Part shown: piece after piece, positions 29,089 to 38,767 of the stretch
How the letters are laid out: each line of letters opens with the position of its first letter
How positions within the stretch are numbered: the first letter of the stretch is position 1
NCBI GenBank assembly: GCA_022563395.1
Contig: JADFNM010000001.1
Span: 178,830 to 242,829, forward strand
DNA: 64,000 nucleotides
Direction: 5' to 3'
Origin: Patescibacteria group bacterium
GTDB taxonomy: Bacteria > Patescibacteriota > Minisyncoccia > Minisyncoccales > UBA10102
Notes under the pieces: model-generated
Told to the model about the DNA's origin: nothing
The model's input: the letters and a program-made list of their open reading frames with translations, nothing else
The model's database searches: none
Position numbers and translations under genes: made by a program

Positions 29089-29874
29089 ATGACTATGAAA
29101 AAACTACTACTATCGTTCTTGCCAGCTTTGATTGCTTTGGTGCTTGTAGTGTCTCCATTGGCGGGGCTTGCACAAACTACTGATGAGGACTTTCAGAATG
29201 CTGTTGGCAAACTTCGTGCGGCGCGGCAGGGCTTTAATGATGCCAAAACGCAAGAGATAAATGAGGCCTCTCAAGAAAGCAGAGCACAGGGGCAGGCACT
29301 GCGTGAGGCAGCCCAGCAAAGGCGGGCCGCCGCACAAGAGAGAATGGAAGAGAAAAGAAAGGAGACCCTCCTCCGTTTGGTTGATATTCAAGTAAAGCAC
29401 CTGGAACGCACCAATGAGCGTATTCAGAGAATGCCCAATATCACCGACGACCTCAAGGCTCAGCTTGCCACAGAGATTGCTTCTGATATTCAGAGTGTGA
29501 ATGACCAAAAAGCAAAAGTTGAGAGTGCGTCAGGACGAGAAGAAATACAAGCTCTTGCAAAAGAAATCCGAGCTTTCTTTAAGTCTTACCGAGAAACCGT
29601 AAAAAGTATTGTTGATGCTATTCATGCCTCCCGTGCAAATATCGCTGCTGCAAAAGCCGGGGAACGAGCCGCCGCCATTAAGGCAAAGGTTCAAGAGCTA
29701 AAACAGCAAGGAAAGGACACAACTGAAATTGAGGTAGAACTTGAGGATGCAGAAGAAGACATTAACGACGCAGAGGATGCGATCGGACGAAAGGCATTTA
29801 AGGAAGCCAACGAAGACCTGAAGGGTGCATACCAAAAGTTCCGGAATATAGCAGAAAAGGCGAAAGGGCTGTAA
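29089..29874 (+). CDS. Secreted coiled-coil protein
   Basis: Signal peptide then all-helical Ala/Glu/Lys/Gln-rich sequence. Confidence 0.7.
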   Translation: MTMKKLLLSFLPALIALVLVVSPLAGLAQTTDEDFQNAVGKLRAARQGFNDAKTQEINEASQESRAQGQALREAAQQRRAAAQERMEEKRKETLLRLVDIQVKHLERTNERIQRMPNITDDLKAQLATEIASDIQSVNDQKAKVESASGREEIQALAKEIRAFFKSYRETVKSIVDAIHASRANIAAAKAGERAAAIKAKVQELKQQGKDTTEIEVELEDAEEDINDAEDAIGRKAFKEANEDLKGAYQKFRNIAEKAKGL

Positions 29875-29889
29875 ATACCGAGCAGTCAA

Positions 29890-29925
29890 AAAGAAAGGCG
29901 GCTTTTGTTTATGCCGCCTTTCTTT
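29890..29925. terminator. Intrinsic terminator
   Basis: AAAGAAAGGCGGC-loop-GCCGCCTTTCTTT. Confidence 0.75.
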
Positions 29926-30019
29926 AAGTTATCCACACCTAAATCTCGTTTAAGCATGAATGGGGAAAAGAAGTCGCCAGGGAGGCGGTTTTTGGGTAGA
30001 ATAGCAATATAGTCAACAT

Positions 30020-30982
30020 ATGAATAAGGAGACCGGATTTACACTTATAGCATTACTTATTTCAACTGGATTAGTTTTGCTTGTTATCGCAGGCGGGATT
30101 TTTGTGGCTGATAGATACGCGGAGATGGATAGACTAAATCCACCGACTCAAGCTGTTCCTGCACCTGGGTTTGAAGATGTACCAGAGATGATTGTCAATG
30201 AAGAAGACAGCTTTGCTGAACCTGAACCCAAACCTGAATCACTTCCGCCGCAACGTGAAGACAGTGGTGAACCCAAAGAACCTCCGACTCCGCCTGTAGA
30301 GGTAGCGGAAATTGTAGAGTGGAAATATAGGCAAAACGGATGGGAAACAAACGTAACTCCGCCAGCCTGTCCGGAACCGCTCCAGCTTGTGACGCCTACC
30401 GATCTCACACTTGTTACATCTGTTTTATATCCAGGTCAGTATCGAGGCGATGACTACAAACCGCATGGGGGATTCCGTTATGATAATTCTCAAAGCGGCG
30501 ATATAACAATTATCGCTCCCATGGATGCGCGAGTGGTCGATGGCAACAGGATGCTTGCTAATGGCGAGATTCAATACATGTTTGATTTCATAGCGCCTTG
30601 TGGAATTTGGTATCGGTTTGGGCATTTACGAGAACTTTCTCCGAAATTCGCAGCTATAGCCGAGACACTTCCAGAGGCAATTGAAGGTGATTCGCACACA
30701 TATGAGTTGAATGCTGTAGTAACAGTCACTTCTGGGGAGACAATCGCCACTGCCGTTGGCACAAAAAATGATAATACTATAGGCGTGGATTGGGGTGTAT
30801 ATGACATCCGTTCCAAAAACAAAGCGTCAGAAGATCCTTTGTGGACGGCATTACATCCCGGGGGCCAGGAGCAACATGGAGTGTGTTGGTTTGATTTCTT
30901 GTCTCCGGAGGACGAGGAGATTGTGAGAAGTTTGCCTCCAACGGATGGAGTGAGCGGAGCAATGAGTGATTATTGTTTGTAG
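30020..30982 (+). CDS. Surface protein with pilin-like N-terminus and M23-peptidase-like domain
   Basis: GFTLIALL start; HGGFRY, IIAPMDARV, RFGHL and VTSGETIA resemble a degenerate M23 fold. Confidence 0.6.
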   Translation: MNKETGFTLIALLISTGLVLLVIAGGIFVADRYAEMDRLNPPTQAVPAPGFEDVPEMIVNEEDSFAEPEPKPESLPPQREDSGEPKEPPTPPVEVAEIVEWKYRQNGWETNVTPPACPEPLQLVTPTDLTLVTSVLYPGQYRGDDYKPHGGFRYDNSQSGDITIIAPMDARVVDGNRMLANGEIQYMFDFIAPCGIWYRFGHLRELSPKFAAIAETLPEAIEGDSHTYELNAVVTVTSGETIATAVGTKNDNTIGVDWGVYDIRSKNKASEDPLWTALHPGGQEQHGVCWFDFLSPEDEEIVRSLPPTDGVSGAMSDYCL

Positions 30983-30985
30983 ACA

Positions 30986-31002
30986 AATCCTAGTCCCGCA
31001 GC
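30986..31002 (+). repeat. Exact 17-bp copy of the tRNA-Gln 3' end (att-like)
   Basis: AATCCTAGTCCCGCAGC = 16658-16674. Confidence 0.85.
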
Positions 31003-31080
31003 ACTTCATTTTTAAGCTCGAACCTTAGGTAACCCCTCGTGGAGTTAGAACTATGGGCGGTTTTTTGGTAGAATACAACA

Positions 31081-31299
31081 ATGGTAGATTTGGTTCGTAT
31101 TAAAACATACCAAAATAGAATGGAAGCAGAGCTTGCAAAAGGACTTCTTGAGTCAAAAGGTGTCAAAGCTATGGTTTCTGCAGATGATGCTGGTGGGGCG
31201 CACCCCGCCCTCTTATGGGCCACAGGAGGAGTACGCTTACTCGTTAAGAAGAAAGATATTCAAAAGGCAATTAAGGTTTTAGAAAGTTTTAAGGAGTAA
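31081..31299 (+). CDS. DUF2007-family (PII-like fold) small protein
   Basis: Y.NRMEAELAKGLLESKGV...GGVRLLVKKKD..KA..VL. Confidence 0.8.
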   Translation: MVDLVRIKTYQNRMEAELAKGLLESKGVKAMVSADDAGGAHPALLWATGGVRLLVKKKDIQKAIKVLESFKE

Positions 31300-31487
31300 T
31301 AAATCCACTGAGCAGGTTCTAACTTCATTCAACAGGCAGAGCCAATCCTGCTTAAGTTTCGCTTAAGCAGGATTGGCTAAGGCGAGTGGTTCCTTACCGA
31401 AATTAAGGATTCCTAAATTTCGTTTAGGAGATATGCGTATCTTGAAGGACTCGCCAGTACGGCGGTTTTTTGGTAGGGTTGAATAAT

Positions 31488-32345
31488 ATGTTGTCAAAAG
31501 AATCGATTACGCTTATCCTTTTGTTTACTCTTATCCTTGCTTTAGTCGCAGGTGGCTACGGGCTTTTTATCTGGTTTGTTATTACCATAATGAAAGGTGG
31601 GGCCGCCTATGGATTATTCTTTGTTGCAATAGTTGCAGGAATAGCGAGTTTCTTTAATCCTTGTGCATTTCCGTTACTTCCCGCCTATCTTGCTCAATAC
31701 CACACGACAAAAAAGGGGGAAAGTAGAAAGCCAATGAGTAAACTGCTCTTTTCTGGGATAGCCGCAGCATTAGGTCTTATCACATTTAATCTTCTACTTG
31801 GCAGCATCATTGGTCTTTTAGGAGCTGGTTTTGGGAAGTCACTAGGTCTTGCAGGAGAAAATCCAAGTGTCCCTGTGAGATGGCTCCGTGGTATTGTAGG
31901 TGTATTCCTTGTCTATCTTGGTTTGAGCCACGCTACGGGCAAAGGGAATCCTTTTGGAAAGTTAACTCATCTCTGGCATCCAAAATCCCCCTCTCAAAAG
32001 AGTCAATCTTCTTTTGCAAAACTCTATAGCTATGGTTTTGGGTATACATTGCTTGGAATAGGTTGTGGTGGCCCCATAATGGCTGGACTAATAGTATTTG
32101 CTCTTTCTCGTGGTGGTTTCACAGATGCACTTCTTGCCTTCGGAGTTTACTCATTAACAATGGCATTACTTATGATTGTCATATCAACCCTGATTGCTCT
32201 TTCCAAAGAGACCCTGCTTCAAGGACTTAACCGGTCAACCGCTGCTATTCAGCGAGTAAGTGGCGTGCTTCTTCTTCTCGTCGGGGCTTTCCTTATTCTT
32301 TCCTCTATCTTTATTACCGCATTTACAAGTATACTGTTCCCATAG
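31488..32345 (+). CDS. CcdA/DsbD-TM family thiol-redox membrane protein
   Basis: SFFNPCAFPLLPAYL and GIGCGGP cysteine motifs. Confidence 0.85.
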   Translation: MLSKESITLILLFTLILALVAGGYGLFIWFVITIMKGGAAYGLFFVAIVAGIASFFNPCAFPLLPAYLAQYHTTKKGESRKPMSKLLFSGIAAALGLITFNLLLGSIIGLLGAGFGKSLGLAGENPSVPVRWLRGIVGVFLVYLGLSHATGKGNPFGKLTHLWHPKSPSQKSQSSFAKLYSYGFGYTLLGIGCGGPIMAGLIVFALSRGGFTDALLAFGVYSLTMALLMIVISTLIALSKETLLQGLNRSTAAIQRVSGVLLLLVGAFLILSSIFITAFTSILFP

Positions 32346-32425
32346 ATATTACAGAGGTTCTAACATTCTTCCAGACCTGCCTGCGCAGGCAGAGGCGGGC
32401 AGGCGTTTCGTATGGGGAGCAACCA

Positions 32426-32454
32426 TTGACATAGATATCAAAACGCGATATAAT
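32426..32454 (+). promoter_or_regulatory. Consensus sigma70 promoter, leaderless
   Basis: TTGACA (32426-31)-N17-TATAAT (32449-54)-N6-ATG (32461). Confidence 0.85.
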
Positions 32455-32460
32455 GAACTC

Positions 32461-33306
32461 ATGAAATCAATTAAAAACAAAAAACTGTTAGTAGTAGCAG
32501 GTCTCATACTCTCCCTGGGAGTGTTTGTTGCCGTAGCCAGCGCTAATAATTCATGGAGCAAATATCACTGGAATATTTCAACTGCAGAATCAATCGAAAA
32601 TCCGCTTGTACTTGGAAACAACCTGACCACTTCTGCATGGAACACTAGTCTTGCGGGAACATCTGCTGACTGGAATGCCTCCGTACTTAAGAATGGGGTT
32701 GTAGCTGGAACAAATACTGATTGTAATCCTGTTCTCGGAGGCGTTGAAGTTTGTAATAGTAAGTACGGTAACAATGGTTGGCTTGGTATTGCGCAGATCT
32801 GGATATATCGTGGAAGGGCCGGCCATATTGCGCAAGGATTAGTAAAGGTAAACGATACGTACTTTAATACTCCCCAATACGACACTCAGGCATGGAGAAA
32901 CCTTGTTATGTGCCAAGAGGTTGGTCATACATATGGGTTGGGGCACCAAGATGAAGACTTTAGCAATGCGAACCTAGGTACTTGTATGGATTATACAAGT
33001 GATCCGGACGGCACAATCTTAGGCCAGTTAGATAATCAACATCCAAATCAGCATGATTACGACGTGCTCACCAAAAAATACGCGCATCTAAACGAAACGA
33101 CCAGTGATGAACCCAAAAAGGGGAAAGGCGGAGGTAATAACGGTAAAAAGAAAGCAGGAGTTGGAGCAAATATTGATTTAAGCAACCCATCAGCATGGGG
33201 TCAAGCAATTAAGCAAGATGCGCAAGGCAGGAACTCACTTTATGAGCGTAATCTCGTAAACGGCGTAAAGGTGTTTACCTTTGTTATCTGGGCAGACGGA
33301 GAATAA
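32461..33306 (+). CDS. Secreted metzincin-like protein with QExxHxxGxxH motif
   Basis: Signal peptide; MCQEVGHTYGLGH followed by TCMDY (Met-turn-like). Confidence 0.75.
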   Translation: MKSIKNKKLLVVAGLILSLGVFVAVASANNSWSKYHWNISTAESIENPLVLGNNLTTSAWNTSLAGTSADWNASVLKNGVVAGTNTDCNPVLGGVEVCNSKYGNNGWLGIAQIWIYRGRAGHIAQGLVKVNDTYFNTPQYDTQAWRNLVMCQEVGHTYGLGHQDEDFSNANLGTCMDYTSDPDGTILGQLDNQHPNQHDYDVLTKKYAHLNETTSDEPKKGKGGGNNGKKKAGVGANIDLSNPSAWGQAIKQDAQGRNSLYERNLVNGVKVFTFVIWADGE

Positions 33307-33339
33307 GCAGACTAGCTGCTGCAGTAGTATTCCAAAAAT

Positions 33340-33372
33340 ACAAAATGACCCGGGAACCCCGGGCCATTTTGT
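33340..33372. terminator. Intrinsic terminator
   Basis: ACAAAATGACCCGG-loop-CCGGGCCATTTTGT. Confidence 0.65.
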
Positions 33373-33499
33373 TGTTTCTGTATAAAATAAGTTTCCCAAC
33401 AAGGCAGTCAAACAGTGAACATACCGGGGTATGTTCATTACAACATTATGCACAAAGATAATATTGTACGAAAAATCGTAAAGAACGAACGGTGACATA

Positions 33500-33524
33500 A
33501 TGTTAGACATCGGATGTCTAACAT
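33500..33524. repeat. 25-bp palindrome (REP-like)
   Basis: ATGTTAGACATC-G-GATGTCTAACAT, followed by degenerate partial copies. Confidence 0.65.
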
Positions 33525-33705
33525 ACGATGTCTAAGATACTAACATACGAAACTTATGCAAACTCACCTGAGGCGAGTGGTTCTTTAATGAAATTAAGAA
33601 ATCCTTAATTTCATTAAGGAGATATGCGCTCTAGACATGGGGAACAAAGATGGTACAATGAAAAGGTCGCTTAAAATAATAATAACATTTTAGTGAGAGC
33701 TACAC

Positions 33706-34512
33706 ATGAATAACATCAATGAAAGAATGGGGGAGATAAATGTGAAGAAAATTATTTCCCGCATAAGTATTGGATTGGTTGTTCTTATCTTTGTCTTTAG
33801 CACTTTTGGCACGGTAGGGGCAGGAGAAAGAGGAGTGCTACTTCAATTTGGGGCAGTCCAGGATAAGGTTTTTGGGGAAGGGCTTTATTTAAAAATACCC
33901 TTTGTTCACAAAGTGGTGAAAATGGATGTGAGAATTCAAAAGGATGAAATAAACGCAAGCGCCGCTTCCAAGGATTTGCAGATAGTAACTTCCAGAATTG
34001 CCTTGAATTATCACATTGATCCAGACTCGGTGAATAAAATCTGGCAAGAGGTAGGAAAGAACTACAACGTCCGAATTATCGCTCCTTCCATTCAAGAGGC
34101 GGTTAAGGCAGAATCTGCAAAATTTACCGCAGAGGAATTGATTATAAAGAGAGAAGAAGTAAAGGAACAGATCAAGGCAAACCTCTCTAAAAGATTGCTG
34201 GAACGCTCCATTATTGTGGACGAATTCAACATCATTGAATTTCAGTTTTCCCAAGCGTTTAACGAGGCAATTGAGGCTAAGGTTACGGCAGAGCAGCTAA
34301 AACTTAAGGCAGACAGGGACTTGGAAAGAATAGTAATTGAAGCTGAGCAAAAGGTAGCTGATGCCAAAGGAAAAGCAGAGGCAATCAGTATTGAAGCTAT
34401 AGCCTTAAGGCAAAATCCCCAAGTGGTGGAGTTAAGATGGATAGAAAAATGGGACGGGAAAGTTCCATTGTACTGGGGAGAAGCCAGCCCGTTTATCGGG
34501 ATAAACAGATAA
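33706..34512 (+). CDS. Prohibitin-family SPFH protein
   Basis: GERGVLLQFG, ASKDLQ, FTAEELI, FS..FNEAIEAK and WIEKWDG motifs. Confidence 0.9.
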   Translation: MNNINERMGEINVKKIISRISIGLVVLIFVFSTFGTVGAGERGVLLQFGAVQDKVFGEGLYLKIPFVHKVVKMDVRIQKDEINASAASKDLQIVTSRIALNYHIDPDSVNKIWQEVGKNYNVRIIAPSIQEAVKAESAKFTAEELIIKREEVKEQIKANLSKRLLERSIIVDEFNIIEFQFSQAFNEAIEAKVTAEQLKLKADRDLERIVIEAEQKVADAKGKAEAISIEAIALRQNPQVVELRWIEKWDGKVPLYWGEASPFIGINR

Positions 34513-34540
34513 AACATCTTTTCTCTGAATCTGGTGTTGT

Positions 34541-34571
34541 GCCCCGCCCCAAAAGGGCGGGGCGGCTTTTT
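34541..34571 (+). terminator. Intrinsic terminator
   Basis: GCCCCGCCC-CAAAA-GGGCGGGGC followed by a T-run. Confidence 0.75.
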
Positions 34572-34597
34572 GGATTAAATAGGATATAATGAATATA

Positions 34598-35455
34598 ATG
34601 CAAACCCCATATATCTCTATTATACAGGCAGGGCTTGTTATCTTGCTTTTCTTTGTGATTGTGAGCTTATATGGTTTTTACACTGCTGTGCGCCCCCCAA
34701 AAATTCATTCTTCTTTTACTCCAGCTGACTTTGGTTTAAATTTTGAAACAGTGGCTCTAAAGACCAAAGATGCAGTGAAGATAAAAGGATGGTTTATTTC
34801 TCAAGAAAATTCAGACAAGATTATCATTGCACTTCACGGGTATCCAGCTGATAAGGGCGATATTCTTCCTTCGCTGGTATTTCTTCACCAAGATTTTAAT
34901 CTGCTCTTTTTTGATTTCCGCTACTTTGGCGCAAGCGATGGACTCTACTCCACAGCGGGCGCAAGGGAGATATATGATCTTTTGGCTGCTGTTGAATTTG
35001 CAAAAGAGCGGGGATTTACAAAAATCGGAATATGGGGATTTTCAATGGGGGGAGCCGTAGCTCTTATGGGTGCCAGCAAAACTTCAGAGATAAAGGCCGT
35101 TGTATCAGATTCAAGTTATGCCTCGCTTTCCTTGCTTGCAAAAGAACCCTATCGCAACCTTGCTTTCCTTAAATATCCTCTGGCATTCTTCACAAAGGTC
35201 TTTGCAAGAATATTTCTGGGAATATCCATTGATGAGGTTTCACCTGCAGAAAAAGTAAAGGGCGTGAAAATTCCCATATTGCTCATTCATTCCTCAGACG
35301 ACAAGGTCATTCCCTTTTCTCATGCCCTCCTCTTGAAAGAAGCGCTCAAAGATAATCCAAACGCAGAATTCTGGTTTCAAGAAGAAATAAGGCACGGAGA
35401 ATTTCAAAAAGAATACGAGACACGCATACGGGAGTTTTTCCAGAAAAATCTTTAA
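34598..35455 (+). CDS. Alpha/beta hydrolase (membrane-anchored)
   Basis: LHGY, FDFRYFGAS, GFSMG, IH..DDKVIP and HG motifs. Confidence 0.88.
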   Translation: MQTPYISIIQAGLVILLFFVIVSLYGFYTAVRPPKIHSSFTPADFGLNFETVALKTKDAVKIKGWFISQENSDKIIIALHGYPADKGDILPSLVFLHQDFNLLFFDFRYFGASDGLYSTAGAREIYDLLAAVEFAKERGFTKIGIWGFSMGGAVALMGASKTSEIKAVVSDSSYASLSLLAKEPYRNLAFLKYPLAFFTKVFARIFLGISIDEVSPAEKVKGVKIPILLIHSSDDKVIPFSHALLLKEALKDNPNAEFWFQEEIRHGEFQKEYETRIREFFQKNL

Positions 35456-35458
35456 ACT

Positions 35459-36523
35459 ATGTTTACCAAGAAGCAAAAGGTACTGTTCTTCATTATTATC
35501 CTTGTTTTTGTGATTTTGCTCGTTCCCAAGATTCCTCAGGTTGCAACGGCTTTCAAAACAGGTGCGCTTTGGATTAATATGGCTATTCCTGAGGGAGACT
35601 GGCGACCGCTAGACCTTTTTACGCCTGCTCCTGTCCTTAAAAAACATAGTATAGAAAGTGAAAGCCTGCGTACCCTTACGATGCATTTATATCTTCCTGC
35701 TGGTAAAGATAGGGCGGGGGCAATCATAATCTACACCCCATTCGTTGGAGGGGGAATTGAAGATGCTCGTCTGGTTAATGTGGCAAAAAGTTTTTCTCGG
35801 GCTGGTTTTGCAGTGCTTTTGTCTTCCCGTACCGGAGACGAACTTATTATGAGCGCCAAAGATATACAAGATGTTGTTTCTTTGTTTCTTTTTTTGGAAA
35901 AACACCCAAAAGTCAATCCAGGGCGCATAGGATTGCTGGGAATCAGTTATGGGGCTGGCCCTGTTATAATCGCTGCAGCAGATTTAAGAATTCGAGACCG
36001 CGTTCATTTTGTAATGAGCATGTCAGGATACTATGATTTTAAGAACTCTTTGCGCTTTATTGTAACTGGCCAATACTCTTACAAAGATATACGGGGGCAG
36101 TCTGAACCTTTGGCCTTTACCCAAGAAATCTTAAAAAATAGTTTGGAGCATCACGGCATAAACGGAGAACTTTTTGAGTCCTTTATTTCTCAGCCCAATC
36201 GCTTTGAAGAATTATTCCAGGATTCGCCAGAGATTCAAGAATTTGGGTTGCAGCTTTCTCCTCTAAGGGTAATTGACGACATAAAAGCGCGGTTTTTCAT
36301 TATTCATTCAACAGAAGACCTTTTAATACCCCATACCGAATCAATGCGCTTGGCCGATGCCTTACAAGACAAGGTGCCAGTCTCCTTCGCTCTTCTTTCT
36401 CTGCTGGAACACGGGCAACCCAAGCCCTTTACCATGAAAAATATTACCAGGTATTATGTACCGAGTTTAGCTGACTCCTATGTTTTTTTGTATAAGCTAC
36501 TTAAAGAGCAGTGGCGCCAATAA
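35459..36523 (+). CDS. Alpha/beta hydrolase (membrane-anchored)
   Basis: GISYG nucleophile, IIHSTED..IP and EHG motifs. Confidence 0.8.
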   Translation: MFTKKQKVLFFIIILVFVILLVPKIPQVATAFKTGALWINMAIPEGDWRPLDLFTPAPVLKKHSIESESLRTLTMHLYLPAGKDRAGAIIIYTPFVGGGIEDARLVNVAKSFSRAGFAVLLSSRTGDELIMSAKDIQDVVSLFLFLEKHPKVNPGRIGLLGISYGAGPVIIAAADLRIRDRVHFVMSMSGYYDFKNSLRFIVTGQYSYKDIRGQSEPLAFTQEILKNSLEHHGINGELFESFISQPNRFEELFQDSPEIQEFGLQLSPLRVIDDIKARFFIIHSTEDLLIPHTESMRLADALQDKVPVSFALLSLLEHGQPKPFTMKNITRYYVPSLADSYVFLYKLLKEQWRQ

Positions 36524-36526
36524 AAC

Positions 36527-37738
36527 ATGTTTTCCTTGCTGAAGAATAAAAAGATTTTAGCTTGGACTTTCTATGATTTTGCCGATACTGCCCTGGCAGC
36601 TCTTTTCTTTACCTTTTTCTGGCCCTTGCTTATCAAAGAACATTTGGGAGGAAATGAATTCCAGATTGGCCTTGTTATGGGTCTTTCGCTTCTTTTCGTA
36701 GCGCTCTTTGTGCCTTTGATAGGAGCAATATCTGACGCCACTGGCAGACGCATGCCAATTCTTATTATATCTACTTTGCTGACCGCTATTTTTGCAGTTC
36801 TTACCGGATACATGGGTTTAGTTGGAGCTTTAATTCTGGGGTTTCTGGTACGGTTTTTGTTCACCGTTGATATTGATCTCTACGACGCTAAACTGGTTGA
36901 TATTGTTGCGCGTTCCAAAATCGGCTTTGTATCCGGCCTGGGAGTTGCCATTGGATATCTTGGCACAATAGTTGGCCTGGCCGTAGCCTATCCATTGCTG
37001 GAGTATTTTGGCTGGGACACGTTGCTTGGCATTCAAGTGATTTTTATTGAAGGGGCGCTCTTTCTGCTTATTTTCTCTCTTCCTCTTTTCTTGTTGGTTA
37101 AAGATAAACCCCTCAAAGAAAAAATACCCTTTCTGTCTGCTTTTCGCAAAGGTCTTAAAGCACTGAAGTTTACCATTACCAACCTTAAACAATTCCCGGC
37201 CTTTGGCAGGTTCCTGCTTGCTTCTTTTATCTACAACGATGCGGTAAATACCACGCTTATATTTTTAGTGCTGTATGCCACAAGCGTTATTGGCCTTCAA
37301 ATCAAGGAGTTTTTCTTTGTTTTTGTCCTTATGGCTTTGGGAGCTGGAGTTGGAGCACTCATATTTGGGTATCTTTCAGGCAGCTTTAGTCCCAAACGAG
37401 CCCTAATCATTGCTCTTGGAATGTGGATTTTTGTCATTGTTTATCTCCTTTTAATCAAAACCTTTGCCAGCATACTTATTGCCGGAATTATAGGAGGGGC
37501 GGCACTTGGAGGCATCTGGACCGCGAATCGGCATATGGTAGTTCTAATCTCGCCATATCGGAAAATAGCTGAGTTTTTTGGCATTGAAGGGTTAACCGAA
37601 CGCCTCTCCGGGGTCTTGGGACCTATTATTTTTGGCGCAATTGTTGTCACGATTGGATACCAAGTTGCTCTTTTCTTTATCCTCTTTTTGTTCATTGCAG
37701 GCCTTGCTCTTCTTTTGAGAGTGCCGCTAAAAACTTGA
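36527..37738 (+). CDS. MFS transporter (UMF1/Atg22-like)
   Basis: AWTFYDFAD, GAISD..GRR and about 12 TM. Confidence 0.85.
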   Translation: MFSLLKNKKILAWTFYDFADTALAALFFTFFWPLLIKEHLGGNEFQIGLVMGLSLLFVALFVPLIGAISDATGRRMPILIISTLLTAIFAVLTGYMGLVGALILGFLVRFLFTVDIDLYDAKLVDIVARSKIGFVSGLGVAIGYLGTIVGLAVAYPLLEYFGWDTLLGIQVIFIEGALFLLIFSLPLFLLVKDKPLKEKIPFLSAFRKGLKALKFTITNLKQFPAFGRFLLASFIYNDAVNTTLIFLVLYATSVIGLQIKEFFFVFVLMALGAGVGALIFGYLSGSFSPKRALIIALGMWIFVIVYLLLIKTFASILIAGIIGGAALGGIWTANRHMVVLISPYRKIAEFFGIEGLTERLSGVLGPIIFGAIVVTIGYQVALFFILFLFIAGLALLLRVPLKT

Positions 37739-37833
37739 TTAAATTAAAATGGACATATCTCAATTTGTATCTCTTTTCCATCGTGTTGAGAAAAGATATT
37801 GGCAATTGTTCCCATGAGAGCTATACTATTGGT

Positions 37834-38286
37834 ATGCGCTACAGCGTGAAGGGAACAAATATGGAACTCACTCCGGAGGTCTCCACGTATATTGAGGAGA
37901 AGATAGGAAGCTTGGATAGGTTTATTAAGCATGTGGATTCTGCAGTGCAAGGATGGGTAGAAGTTGGGCGCATTGGCAAGCATCATCAAACAGGAAAGGT
38001 CTGGAGAGCAGAAGTTCAAATTCATCTGCCAGGCAGGTCAATGAGATCGGAAGCTGTGGCCAAAACCATTTTCCTGGCTATCAATGAAGTGAAAGACAAA
38101 TTGCAACGGGAACTCAAACAATATAAAAGGAAACAAGCCACTAAACAGAAAAAGGGGGCTCGCAGCTTTAAACCGCCTTTCCCTTTGAGAAAACCTCCCC
38201 GTCTCAAGGGAAAGGTTCAGAATGTTGGGATTAAACCAATTCGCAAGAAACCTCGTACTCATATGCCACCAGAAGCCCCTAAATAA
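37834..38286 (+). CDS. raiA: Ribosome hibernation factor HPF/RaiA
   Basis: GTNMELT...YIEEKI..L, AEVQI, AINEV.DKL.R.L..YK motifs; start 6 nt after TATACT. Confidence 0.85.
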   Translation: MRYSVKGTNMELTPEVSTYIEEKIGSLDRFIKHVDSAVQGWVEVGRIGKHHQTGKVWRAEVQIHLPGRSMRSEAVAKTIFLAINEVKDKLQRELKQYKRKQATKQKKGARSFKPPFPLRKPPRLKGKVQNVGIKPIRKKPRTHMPPEAPK

Positions 38287-38351
38287 GGGGCTTTTTGGTT
38301 GCATGGGGAGTGGAGTTCAAACTTTTGTTGGTTTTTTGGTAGAATGAGAAT

Positions 38352-38705
38352 ATGAATCCAATAGCATTCGCAGTTCTAGCAGCACCAGCTTTTGGTTTGT
38401 GGACCGTATTCCATAAGCTCGCCGCTCCGTATATCAACCAAGTGTTTGGAGCAATTCTTGTGTCGTTCACTGCTGTCATCTTAGGCAGTATTGTTCTGCT
38501 GCCTAGGATAAAAGACGTCCAACTCTTTAGTGACCCGAAAGGAATAATCTTCCTTGTTCTTGCAGGACTAATGGCCTTTGGAATTGATTTCTTTGCACTT
38601 CAGGCATATTCAAAGGGATTACCTCTCACTGTCGGTGGACCTATCATTATCGGAGGAAGTATCGCCGTCGCCGTTAGTATTGGCTTTGTATTAGGAATTT
38701 TTTAA
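38352..38705 (+). CDS. EamA/DMT-family membrane protein, possibly C-terminally truncated
   Basis: 4 TM, FHKLA and AYSKG..L..GGPI motifs; ends abruptly after GFVLG. Confidence 0.65.
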   Translation: MNPIAFAVLAAPAFGLWTVFHKLAAPYINQVFGAILVSFTAVILGSIVLLPRIKDVQLFSDPKGIIFLVLAGLMAFGIDFFALQAYSKGLPLTVGGPIIIGGSIAVAVSIGFVLGIF

Positions 38706-38767
38706 AATATCTGCTAGACTATTAATATTCAAGGTCGGCTAATACTTCATTTACTAATATTTATTCC

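Noticed and set aside
32260-32460. Long N-terminal extension of the metzincin-like ORF
   Set aside because: It overlaps the CcdA gene and a junction repeat; a consensus promoter and signal peptide point to ATG 32461.
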